Below, one piece after another: positions 33,801 to 41,411 of a stretch of 64,000 bases of DNA (within the stretch, counting starts at the first letter, position 1; each line of letters begins with the position of its first letter). This DNA comes from a virus (Duplodnaviria; Caudoviricetes): positions 50,356 to 114,355 of IMG/VR virus record IMGVR_UViG_3300021952_000001. One strand, 5' to 3'. The notes beneath the pieces are model-generated. The model was not told where the DNA came from and made no database searches. It was given only the letters and a program-made list of their open reading frames with translations. The position numbers were made by a program, and so were the translations under genes.

Positions 33801-36540
33801 TACAGTGGTAGTGCCATCAGAAATCACTACTAAAGCAGGATCGGATTTTGATATTGATAAATTGAACATGTACCTTAAAGCTGTATATACAGATAGATCT
33901 GGTAATGTTAAGTTAGTTAAATATTTAGGAACTGAAGAAGCAACTAAAGACTTTTATAGTAAAGTGTTTGATGATACTCTTGCAATAGAACAAATGGCCA
34001 AAGCTGATCTTATAGAAGCAGTTGATATTATCATTAATGGATTAGAAGATCCAAAAGGACTAATTGACAAATATGGTAATTACATATTATCTGTACAAGA
34101 TGAATATGATAATCCATATGATTTTAGAGCAATCATTGAAAATAAACTTGAGAAACTTACAGATAGTAATTTACAATCTGGATTACGTGAAGATTTTGTA
34201 AATGATATGTATAAGAAATCTCTTGAGAATGAATATTATGATTCTCTTGCTAAACTTCTTACACTTCCTGAAAACTTTGATAGATTAATTTCTCCTGTAG
34301 ATGATGCTGGATTAAAAACATTATCAGAGAAGTTAGATAAATTAAGAGGATATAATGAAGGAGACATTAAGAACAGACTTCTTAATAGAAACTACATGAC
34401 TAGTCTTAGACATGCATTTGTTATAGCTAAAAGATGGGTTGGTATATCAGCAGTGAATATTACTAACTTATCATTGAAACAAAAAAGTAAAGTGTACATT
34501 GATCCTACTAAGTTTGAAATTATTTCTGAAAAAGATAGAAATATACTTGGAGATGGAAAAGTTAATATCAAACACAATACAGTTGATGTTGATGGTAAAC
34601 AAATGATTTCTTTATCTGGAACTAATGTTGCTGATGATTCAGATGCATTGATATCAGGAAGATTATCTGGATATGCTACAGCATTTGTGGATGTTGCTAA
34701 AGATCCATTTATTCTTAAACTTATTCAAAGTAACTCTGTCGTAGGTACATTTATGTTCTTAGAAAATATTGGTGCAGGAGAAGAAGGAATCATGTTTTTA
34801 AATCAACCAATCATTGATGAGTATTTGAAGATTGTTGATAATGCTCGCACACAGAATTTGTTTAATGATGCACTTGTTGATTTTGTTCAAGATTTGTTTC
34901 CTACTACACAAACTCTTTTATATGAAGCTAAAGTTATACCAGCTAATTTTGAATCAAATATATCAGGATATTACACTGGTAAATTAAATGAAAAACAAAA
35001 TGCTGAACAACATGTAATTTTAAAAGAGTTCTTGAAGTATGCAAAGATGGCTGAGTATAATTATAAGTTTACACAAGCTACAAATTATGACACAACTAGA
35101 TTTGGTAGTGGAGAAGAGTTTTCTAAAAAGCAATTAAGAACAGATAATGCTCGTAGCGCAAGTATTATTTCTTCTGTGGATAATGTATTAAATACAACAT
35201 TTATCGGTAAGCTAGAAAAACTATTAAGTAGTTCTATGCAGTCAATGGGTGCTATCTTCAGACTTGAGCAAGATGATATGAGAATAATTACTGAAGATGT
35301 ATTGAGACCATTCAGTGAAAACGAATACTTAAGTGCAGACAACTATAATAAAGTTGCTTTACAAATCAAATCTTCTTTCTTAGATTATATTATTCAAACT
35401 AAGACAGGATTAAATGCTGGTATAAAACAATTAATTGTAGATAATGAAACTTCTGTAGCTGCTAGATTAGAAAAAGCAAAAGCTAAATATCCTAATATAC
35501 AGATACTTAAGGATTTACAAATTGTAAGTGGTGATAGAGTGGATGGCGCTAAGAGTGTTAAACTTGTAGCAAATATAAAAGATGCTTACGATGAGGATAT
35601 CTATGTAGGTATGATGAGAGAACTTAGAGATACTAATCCAGAATTGAATCAATTATACAAAGATCTTGTAAGTGTATCTATTCTACAAGGAGGATATCAA
35701 TCTGCAATCTCTATTAAAAACATTATACCAATAGAAGATTATAGTGAGATTGTAACTCCTGTTGTAAACTCTATTACATCTAATGAATCATTACAAGCTT
35801 TTTCTAAAGGAATGTTTCAAAGAAATAATTTTGCTGATGATGCAATTATGCCTGTAGTACAACCTAAATTCTTTACAGCTTCTGACATGCCAATTGGTGA
35901 ACAAGTTAATTCAATTGGTGAACACTATGCAGATGTATATCAATACTATTCATCATTATTTCCAAATGTTGATGTATTAAATATTAAATCTACAGACAGA
36001 AAGATTTTATTATTAAATCCAAAGTATAACTACTTTGATGTTAAGAATGATTTTGTAAAAGTTCCTAGAGTGGTAACTGATAGAAAAACTGGAGCAAATA
36101 TTGATATGGTTACAGGTAAAACTATAACTAAGCTTGACTATGTTAATAGAAAGAAAAAAGGGGACTATTCATTACAAGATGTATTTGGTTATGCAAAAGT
36201 TAAATTAGCTACTGGAGAACCATTAATTAACTATGAAACTAAGAATAATAAAACAGAAGAATTCTATGTATATAAGTTAGTTAATCTATATGGTGATGGT
36301 CAAAGAGCTAATGAGCATTATTCAGACTTTAGACAATCAGTAATAGAGAATGGTACAATCCAGATAAATCAAGAAATTCCAGATGCAGATATTATTGAAT
36401 ACTACGGTGGTGAGATTACTAAAAAAGATGTATCTTTACCAACATCTGTAGAAACTTTAATTGAAAAACCTGAAGATATATCTCAAGAAGAATGGGATGG
36501 TTTATCTCAAGAAGAAAAGAATAAAATAAACGAATGTTAA
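24835..36540 (+). CDS. Virion-packaged DNA-dependent RNA polymerase polyprotein (crAss-type, two-barrel)
   Basis: 3901 aa; catalytic GSDFDIDKL (DFDID at 33844-33858) preceded by GFRIPTQ; FVDVAKDP; N-terminal hydrophobic Gly/Ala helices; degenerate zincin EYHEIFE. Confidence 0.92.
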   Translation: MPIFDNELINNTSNRGAAPERPYLASPDTLEVDVNINPVQGGNIGGNNISRKGMSIDEMSSLTHAPSKGSTFSSPMGMARRSELIDNQRYPVYQRGVDLENIYGLQQSAFTQLGHSLIKTGIRAAGTFAQSLTNIPNAISAAKNADSSKLAGDPNGYEGGIDHWVNNFENTIPNYYSRYEKEHPHLAMIPGFTGSANFWGESVLKNLGFTAGAIAGAAIQDLAVGVLTEGIGEIPLVASQIGKASLWFNKILSGTNDAEKVLDIAKAAGAGQKALLSAESLAHAAAYTKVANGFRYGTSLLGSAMTEAGVEGRDSYETVKKTLLENYKLDHPGEEITAEEAGKIEEYATNAMNTRFGINMALLTVSNAIQFDNLFKSFSNAEKGVVGSLTKTLEDTGKIGLKEGSLDVFEKKGAANISEKIWDVVKPKLTNVLSEGVYEEGGQFAAEKGTYDYYTRKYKNLNNPENKKSWDALNETMHSTAYGLSEQFNTTEGIDNMLIGGLTAVITGGIQGKIDNIRGNGKDARLTSSINMLNKYGLTGILSNKYDNTLNSIGIAKEMEDAANSKNIFKYKNLKHDMFFNFVQSRIPSGMHDVTIDQLTMLKDLSKEDFEKTFGMDFNTSNKKTVDGYVDTLIDEANSIKETTDAINNTYKNPFKFTVDPKNEDDHSENLKYNTFESWKTDLSYFNSVKIDSTDRLASIQNDLININPMLTNAGLADILDKESLTDLAKSYEEEANRLNNTITEYTSNTDKKATRAQVKTLRTNSEKINIALGKNDLDLKTFHSLLNFELNNQDATKDDIVGLDKAPDLYNLGADVVQHNLRKKQAIESFNNLSTKEGFDKYFKQADNIANDEVDEEDLFPQNKKEPTFVNDSKEREKLEVGREYTIDKTKRVNVRKIADDRYQVTAPDGTVSFHKTKESAQEEAKDLSGENTNLSKVKVIGITDEGLVKVEDVNGDILNIDPKRLRGYRSIETQEEKLAKNKEQLDREQTEIEKNSGTVATVDTSSTAIQEEGKLKSISKLFTSSTTASEDYSDPTQSAAHITRSRSFLNKVKSFKNRSNIKAILVTPNQVNALGLTGLVQMSYGVILETPLSDIENVNDIDKGFVAQVFIVQENGKNYFISEDGKKLSEVGEQVDVNQVVFQTMPTTSLYYDNGTPRFRSDEEAKAESYSNAWKEYRSQLFSSPDNDYRIFDFNVSRGIPNIEDDAATNQVGDILIPESKINSAEGLITISTTGAIDHNGEAINFPVGVPVLQYGDTLQFLNNRRFNDREAKGVFQTIKALAEDTLKQSEAGKSIRLNRGYTDFLQNVLFWKSKGKETLAPNQISLNTSNMTINLGGNSYALTDIANNESAIIDQLKNTYISVNNKSLTKDFSIPFTEYYINQAGEFTSSEWKNYQSFLLSSKYPSGKVRPEGDTPLTTNVAKPTEAVPYSFKQKYSTLTGVEFNLKAATPKKAAPAKTAGPKIGEYNVDGETVNDYKLSGDRIVNFTASINDGVVSAIVVSNSITQELASDSQKMSDIIIPQVKAIAEEKGEQFDATKTDEQYVFDYLSNAIASDLQNQLAPQEEVVEEVSKPEEIIEETPESDTYNPENTEYPDVPFRKVGGVDVERMTNTDIEAFKEWHAANVPNIPFEILQNIITTHDGEKAWGAFENGVAKFMKGGQRGTEYHEIFEAIYNAMLSKDQQQELLDEFKSKPGKFLDRESGKKINYDEATDLQAKERIADDFADFRLGKLAARTLGERISKFFKSIVDFFKAFVTKPSVKSELFKAINTGKFKEEVLKETNNEFAQYSRVGKLSVKQTQEYIEDITARAAGFLFSESQKGLLFSPEKITSAEMFSKIEAMYIKEGKLQELGASTWKDLKVKTLEKLRTLGVNFNADDVISINDEEANKNDYAPEPFSVDWKKNSTGAIKFSLSTLLQVAATNQQNNLSLVLPAPEFSSVRGLKLLNFSKAFATVLDKLSNTSSIDVATNKLLELSVNDPNYARLYQRVRGTLPLNEFSNDDWRYFIQFMQTFTKQKPEALIQYKSGNEVYTGAANLYTAVSQVQQGWVENMKAIAKVPKSIISFDKKNKVYVIDETKLKEFDNSEDGMINMLNAIGVNFSADTYKRLKTSQKNTFVKAVSSIKSYLGKNNQIMSITGKTLDINGQLSNLAELLVKVTNPNQDSTYFGVEGQRIGTYANNNAPSLFENEFNESETLDELLEKRPELNDIFSENSQVLKKGGLFFDEEGNRIKSIKVKYIQGTKNTDTNKGTSTSKLTLGDRFTQEINQNINGRYYILIPADGSTEWAMDLGNTISFANVEKGNAWKQINNVFRGYLNDEVSLALDFENRKQLNNVASKAKELRFFKDILSEKDLNAINDLIDNNATQEQVEKYISDNIDTINESIKNFIDSTANETKNVLLNTGEVLFINEGVYSYAGLDSTFAQAENLDKFNMNDDILDNLMTFTAANYIISNIELHKVLFGDPYQFKIKGDQLDETKRIKSFLSPRLTTFDTPEYNTWLNENMNAVEDIKLASTDPGYHNYKAYANTITVSDINVAGSLSNLVKDYSKTNEADAMSWISDGAYKEVKLKNGQWSNEAEAFHQWQLAYTRQNLPGYTYSSDKLEAHDKELISKPAPKYTIEVLKPIVSGNKYNKNNFDLVLDKFSQMPIYYSMVKGTNLENLYIQMMKQGVDYAIMESGRKVGIEGMHSLYNADGSFNEEAFNNNVQVPWKAYGIQVETATEGDKTQTRGSQLTKLSSMDLFNNGVASSPAAEKEYKRNTDILNKMNENAYNTLLNKLGLTDTGNGFTMDSVTVSETLVYEMLRREVSQNTKDTVQLDDNGEFRIPFEASPSYVQIRSIIYAMVNKALISPKLNGGAHVQVPATMFESATKGRSLAIKTEKGWEKISKTDYNKLSDEDKKKVMLTDDTLKFYTRENPYCEVMLPHWFKGKFGNKTDEEIIKYLNNTEEGRSILSGIGFRIPTQALSSVEVFRVKGFLPQYMGATVVVPSEITTKAGSDFDIDKLNMYLKAVYTDRSGNVKLVKYLGTEEATKDFYSKVFDDTLAIEQMAKADLIEAVDIIINGLEDPKGLIDKYGNYILSVQDEYDNPYDFRAIIENKLEKLTDSNLQSGLREDFVNDMYKKSLENEYYDSLAKLLTLPENFDRLISPVDDAGLKTLSEKLDKLRGYNEGDIKNRLLNRNYMTSLRHAFVIAKRWVGISAVNITNLSLKQKSKVYIDPTKFEIISEKDRNILGDGKVNIKHNTVDVDGKQMISLSGTNVADDSDALISGRLSGYATAFVDVAKDPFILKLIQSNSVVGTFMFLENIGAGEEGIMFLNQPIIDEYLKIVDNARTQNLFNDALVDFVQDLFPTTQTLLYEAKVIPANFESNISGYYTGKLNEKQNAEQHVILKEFLKYAKMAEYNYKFTQATNYDTTRFGSGEEFSKKQLRTDNARSASIISSVDNVLNTTFIGKLEKLLSSSMQSMGAIFRLEQDDMRIITEDVLRPFSENEYLSADNYNKVALQIKSSFLDYIIQTKTGLNAGIKQLIVDNETSVAARLEKAKAKYPNIQILKDLQIVSGDRVDGAKSVKLVANIKDAYDEDIYVGMMRELRDTNPELNQLYKDLVSVSILQGGYQSAISIKNIIPIEDYSEIVTPVVNSITSNESLQAFSKGMFQRNNFADDAIMPVVQPKFFTASDMPIGEQVNSIGEHYADVYQYYSSLFPNVDVLNIKSTDRKILLLNPKYNYFDVKNDFVKVPRVVTDRKTGANIDMVTGKTITKLDYVNRKKKGDYSLQDVFGYAKVKLATGEPLINYETKNNKTEEFYVYKLVNLYGDGQRANEHYSDFRQSVIENGTIQINQEIPDADIIEYYGGEITKKDVSLPTSVETLIEKPEDISQEEWDGLSQEEKNKINEC

Positions 36541-36541
36541 T

Positions 36542-39500
36542 ATGGCACATTGTGTAAATAGAAGTTCTCAAGAATTTATAGCATTAGCTGAACAATCAAA
36601 TATCAATCCAATAATTCTTGCTGCAAAGGTTTCTTTGTGGCAGGAAAAAAATGGATTAGATAACTTTCCCACAGTAGAAGATATATCAAATATTAAATCA
36701 AAAGGAGAAGTATTTAATACAGAAAGCTCTATATCATCTCCTAAGACAATTGCACTTATAAATGATTTTTTATCAAGAATTGGTGTAGATGTCAAATCTA
36801 CAAAAGATATTGTAGTTAATGGTATACGTGTGGATGCTAATGCTGTTGCAAACATTACACAGTCATTAGTTCAAGTGGTAGAAGGTAAAGAATCTAGAGC
36901 TCTTACAGAAGAGGCTATGCACTTTGCTGTAGAAATACTTGAACAAAAAAATCCAAAGTTATTTAATCAATTACTTAAAGAGATTAATAATTATGCATTA
37001 TTAAGAGATGTAATGTCTGAGTATTCTACAAATCCATTATATCAAACTACCGATGGTAAACCAGATATTCGTAAAATAAAAAAAGAAGCTATAGGTAAAG
37101 TGTTGGCTGAAACTGTGATTAATCAAAACGAAGGATCTACAGAAAATCCTGAACTATTGGCTAAAGTTGAATCATGGTGGAGTGAAATATTAAACTTCTT
37201 AAAAGGATTATTTGTAACAAGTGGATTTGATTCAGCAGCAATGAAAGTGCTATCTGGAGAAGCTATTGGTACAGTTGCAGATATTAGAGCTGAAGAAGGA
37301 ACAGTGTTCTTACAAAAAACTAAACAAGAACAAGTATTTGATAGTATCAAAGAAATGAGTTCTAAGATTACTAAACCAGAAGAAGACTATTACATTGATG
37401 GTAGAAAGATTGGTAGACGTGTAAGTAATCTTGTTGCTGATTGGTACGAGCGTAGATTTAAAAGTAATGATCTTACTAAGAGTGAATTTCAAAAAGCTGT
37501 AGATGATCTTAAAGCTGAGAAAGGAACAGCAGGACATGCTGATTTCGAACATGCCTTTGAAATATTTGTAGATGAGAATGGATTCTTAAGAGATGAACCA
37601 TTAGATGATAGTGGATATGTTTCTCAAATAAATCCTGCTAACAATGACATGTATGAACTTCTTAAGAACAATCTTAAGGATCGTTTAAATTCATTTCCTA
37701 AAGAAAATGGAGGAACTAGATTCATGTCTGAGGCTACAATTTATGATGCTCAAAGAGATATTGCTGGTACTGTAGATTTCTTAGCTGTTACACCAGAAGG
37801 AAAGGTTAGTATCCTTGACTGGAAGTTTATGGATCTTAACACAGATAAGTATACAGATATTCCTTGGTATAAAGTAAATGCTTGGAATACTCAAATGGAC
37901 CAATATAAATATATTATTGGTAAGACATATAATGTTAAGAATGAGAACTTTGAACAGACTAGAATGATTCCAATCAAGGCTGTTTATACAAAAGCAAATC
38001 CTAAGACAGGAGCTCTTCCTAAATTATTAAATATAAAAATTGGAGATGTTAATGTTAAAAACATTAAAGAAGATTATTTACTTCCTGTAGGACTTCAGTC
38101 TGAAAAAACTGGTAATAAAAAAATTGATACATTACTTGAAAAACTTAATGCTATCTACAAAAAACTTTCTGAAGAGAAAGTCTTACCTTCTGATAAACTA
38201 AACAAGGCTGAGCAATTAAATGCATTGTTCTCTGCAATTAGACAATTACAAGTGAAGCAAAACATTGCTCCATTGTTGTATCAAGCTAAAGTGTTGAATA
38301 AACAAGTGCAAGGTATATTAGATAAATACAAATCAGAATTTGAAGGTAAGGATGCTAAATCATTCACTGCAGATCAAATATCTGATTTTGCAGAAAGTAT
38401 TGAAACTGCAAGAGAAGCATTGACTGCATATACTAAACTTGATACAGAACTTAGATTCTTATTTGCAGGAGAACTATCTGATGAAGATAAAAAACTAAAA
38501 GAAGATTTAAGAGATACAGTTGATAATGCTAGAGAGTATGAAGATCTTTTAAAAGATGTTGATGAGGAATTTACTAATGATATAATTGGAGGTAGTGAAA
38601 ATGTTAAAAATCTTTCCACTCCAGAAAAGATTGTTAGAGGTATTAGTAAAATGTTTGGTAACACTGCTACATTACAGTTAAAAGGATTAGAGGTGTTATT
38701 TAAAAAAGCAAATAAAGCATTTGCTTTTGCTGGTATGGATACTTTAGCTGAAGTAAAAAAACTTACTGCTTTAAAAGAATCATATGAGAAATGGGCATCT
38801 AGTAAAGGGTTGACTAAAAAAAATATGTTTAATGCTATTCAAAAACAAGATGCTAATGAATTAATTGATGAGTTCAATCCTGAGTTTTATAGCACATTAA
38901 AAAAGAAAATACAAGATCAAGATTTTAAATGGATAAAAGAAAATGTTGATGTTGATGTTTATAAAAAACATATAGAAGAAAAAAAGAAAGAAGAAATTTT
39001 AAGAATATCAAACAAACCTAGAATTGGTACAGATGCACAGAATGCATTTGATATTAAAAGAGAACTAACAAAAGTTAATGATCTTTATAGTTTATCAACT
39101 CCTACAGGTATTGGATGGTTATTATATGATGACATTAAAAACTTTCCTAAAAGAGAAACATGGGAAAGTGAACAGTGGAAAGAATTAATTAAACCAGAAA
39201 ATAAACCTGCCAAAGACTTTTATGATTACATTAAAGAAAGAAATGAGTATTATAAAGAGATAGGATATATCAATGCTAAACAAGCTAGAACATTCTTACC
39301 GTGGGTGAGAAAAGGGTTATCTGAAAAACTTATATTTGGAGGAAAAATTTCTGTAGGAGAACAATTCTTACGACATATATCTGTAGATGAAGGAGATATT
39401 GGTTATGGTAAAGTTGATCCTTTAACTGGTAAGCCAGTTGATTCTATTCCAATCTATTTAACAAAACAATTAGATAGTGATTACTCTACTGATTTGTTTA

Positions 39501-41293
39501 AGACTATAGCAATGTATAATGAGTTTGCTATTAAGTTTAAATATCTTTCTGATATAGAAGCTCAAGGTAGAGCTCTTATTAGACTTGAACAAAATAAGAA
39601 AGCTATTGCTACATCTATGTTTGGTAAAACTCAATATAAAGATGGTGTAATTCAATATACACCAGATAATAATGAGAATGCTAAAATTATTGAAGATATG
39701 GTTAAAGCAATTGTTTACCAACAAAAATATATTGAGAGTGAGACATTTGATCAAATGTTAGGTAAGTTAGGAAACTTTGGAGGTAAATTAAATAAAGTGT
39801 TAGGACGTGATATATTTGCAGAAAACTTAGAAGGAAGACAAGTAAGTATTAATAAAGTGATTACTCAAATGAATAATACTTTTCAAATAGCTACATTAGG
39901 ACTTAATGTATTGTCATCTGCTTCTAACTTATTTGGTGGTAAAACACAATCATTAATTAACTCTGGTAAATACTTTACTAAAAAAGATTATGTATCTGCA
40001 GAGATGTGGTTGCTTGCAAATAAAATGGGTGGATCAGATAAACAAAAAATGTTAGCTGCTCTAGATTATTTTATTCCATTTACAGAAAATTACAACAGAG
40101 ATGCTGCTACTAAACTATCTTTAAATGCATTAGATGATCAAGCTATTCAAGATTGGTTAATGGTGTTAATGAGAGAAGGAGAACATTCTGTACAAACAAC
40201 TAACTTTTTTGCATACATAAATAATTCAATCGTTGAAAATGGTGAAATAGTTAATGCTAGAGAATTTTTGAAATCTACTCCAGAATATCAAAACTTTTAT
40301 AAAGGTAGTAAAGAAGAAAGAGAAGCACGTTCTGAAAAATTTGAAAAAGATGTTAAAGATCTTGTAGAAAAACAAGGAGTATTAAATTTAGGTAGTGTTG
40401 TAGATGGAGTGTTTGTTATTCCTGGCATTGAACAAAAATCTGATTCAGTAGTTGAAACAAGAAGAAAAATTCAACAATTTACTAGTGATGCATTAGGTAA
40501 CCTTACAGAAGAAAATAAACGTTTAATTAACTTAACTATATACGGTAACTCTTTTATGGTATTCAAGAACTGGATTCCTAGACTTGTAGATGTACGTATG
40601 GGTAACTTAAAATATAATTCAGCATCTGATGCATATGAATGGGGTAGAAGTAGAATGATGTTTAGAATAATTTCTGAAGACTTATTAGGTAGTATGCGCA
40701 TGTTGAAAAATTCTGTATTAGGAATTAATTCAGATAAAGATTTAGATGCTATAAGAAAGTTATTTGATAAAAAGAAATCTGATTATGAAACAGATACAGG
40801 TAAAGAACTTGATATGACTGAAGATGAGTTCATTGACCTTGTTAGACAAAATGTAAAAAATCAAATATTAGATACATTAACTTATGCTGCATTATTTGCA
40901 GTTGGTTTAGGACTTAAGGCATTAGCACCTGATGATGATGAAGATCCTTTTGTTAAAAATCAATATAAATTTTTATTGAAAGCAACAGATAAATTTAAAG
41001 ATGAGCTTGGATACTTCTATAATCCAACAAGCTTAACTGGATTAGTATCTACAGGAATATTTCCAGCAATGGGATTAATTGAAAATTATGAAAAAGCAGT
41101 TGTTAATTTCATGAAAGAAAACTATGCTATAGCAACAGGTAATCAAGAAATGGAAGATAAGAATAATGTAATTAAATATTGGATGAGATCATTTCCTATA
41201 TCGAGTCAAGCTGCAGGATTATTACCAATGTTCTATCCTAATTTAGCAAAAGACCTTGGATTGAAAATGCAATCACAGTATGGTATGAGGTAA
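36542..41293 (+). CDS. Large ejection-cluster protein with degenerate zincin and PD-(D/E)xK nuclease domain
   Basis: EEAMH; KGTAGH...SE...IAGTVD...ILDWK...QMDQY motifs; hydrophobic C-terminal segments. Confidence 0.65.
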   Translation: MAHCVNRSSQEFIALAEQSNINPIILAAKVSLWQEKNGLDNFPTVEDISNIKSKGEVFNTESSISSPKTIALINDFLSRIGVDVKSTKDIVVNGIRVDANAVANITQSLVQVVEGKESRALTEEAMHFAVEILEQKNPKLFNQLLKEINNYALLRDVMSEYSTNPLYQTTDGKPDIRKIKKEAIGKVLAETVINQNEGSTENPELLAKVESWWSEILNFLKGLFVTSGFDSAAMKVLSGEAIGTVADIRAEEGTVFLQKTKQEQVFDSIKEMSSKITKPEEDYYIDGRKIGRRVSNLVADWYERRFKSNDLTKSEFQKAVDDLKAEKGTAGHADFEHAFEIFVDENGFLRDEPLDDSGYVSQINPANNDMYELLKNNLKDRLNSFPKENGGTRFMSEATIYDAQRDIAGTVDFLAVTPEGKVSILDWKFMDLNTDKYTDIPWYKVNAWNTQMDQYKYIIGKTYNVKNENFEQTRMIPIKAVYTKANPKTGALPKLLNIKIGDVNVKNIKEDYLLPVGLQSEKTGNKKIDTLLEKLNAIYKKLSEEKVLPSDKLNKAEQLNALFSAIRQLQVKQNIAPLLYQAKVLNKQVQGILDKYKSEFEGKDAKSFTADQISDFAESIETAREALTAYTKLDTELRFLFAGELSDEDKKLKEDLRDTVDNAREYEDLLKDVDEEFTNDIIGGSENVKNLSTPEKIVRGISKMFGNTATLQLKGLEVLFKKANKAFAFAGMDTLAEVKKLTALKESYEKWASSKGLTKKNMFNAIQKQDANELIDEFNPEFYSTLKKKIQDQDFKWIKENVDVDVYKKHIEEKKKEEILRISNKPRIGTDAQNAFDIKRELTKVNDLYSLSTPTGIGWLLYDDIKNFPKRETWESEQWKELIKPENKPAKDFYDYIKERNEYYKEIGYINAKQARTFLPWVRKGLSEKLIFGGKISVGEQFLRHISVDEGDIGYGKVDPLTGKPVDSIPIYLTKQLDSDYSTDLFKTIAMYNEFAIKFKYLSDIEAQGRALIRLEQNKKAIATSMFGKTQYKDGVIQYTPDNNENAKIIEDMVKAIVYQQKYIESETFDQMLGKLGNFGGKLNKVLGRDIFAENLEGRQVSINKVITQMNNTFQIATLGLNVLSSASNLFGGKTQSLINSGKYFTKKDYVSAEMWLLANKMGGSDKQKMLAALDYFIPFTENYNRDAATKLSLNALDDQAIQDWLMVLMREGEHSVQTTNFFAYINNSIVENGEIVNAREFLKSTPEYQNFYKGSKEEREARSEKFEKDVKDLVEKQGVLNLGSVVDGVFVIPGIEQKSDSVVETRRKIQQFTSDALGNLTEENKRLINLTIYGNSFMVFKNWIPRLVDVRMGNLKYNSASDAYEWGRSRMMFRIISEDLLGSMRMLKNSVLGINSDKDLDAIRKLFDKKKSDYETDTGKELDMTEDEFIDLVRQNVKNQILDTLTYAALFAVGLGLKALAPDDDEDPFVKNQYKFLLKATDKFKDELGYFYNPTSLTGLVSTGIFPAMGLIENYEKAVVNFMKENYAIATGNQEMEDKNNVIKYWMRSFPISSQAAGLLPMFYPNLAKDLGLKMQSQYGMR

Positions 41294-41294
41294 A

Positions 41295-41357
41295 GCTATA
41301 TTATACCAAGTATTTGATACACACGCTTTTTTTAAAGACATATAAGAATTAAATTTG
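41295..41357 (+). promoter_or_regulatory. GCTATATTAT motif plus -7 box
   Basis: GCTATATTAT 41295-41304; TAAATTTG 41350-41357. Confidence 0.6.
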
Positions 41358-41411
41358 TAAACAGACTGCTACTTCATTGTAGCAGATCTTGTTTTAATAA
41401 TACACAAGATT

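Noticed and set aside
24835-41293. Short antisense ORFs inside the RNAP and adjacent giant gene
   Set aside because: No motifs or expression signals; expected by chance opposite long biased ORFs
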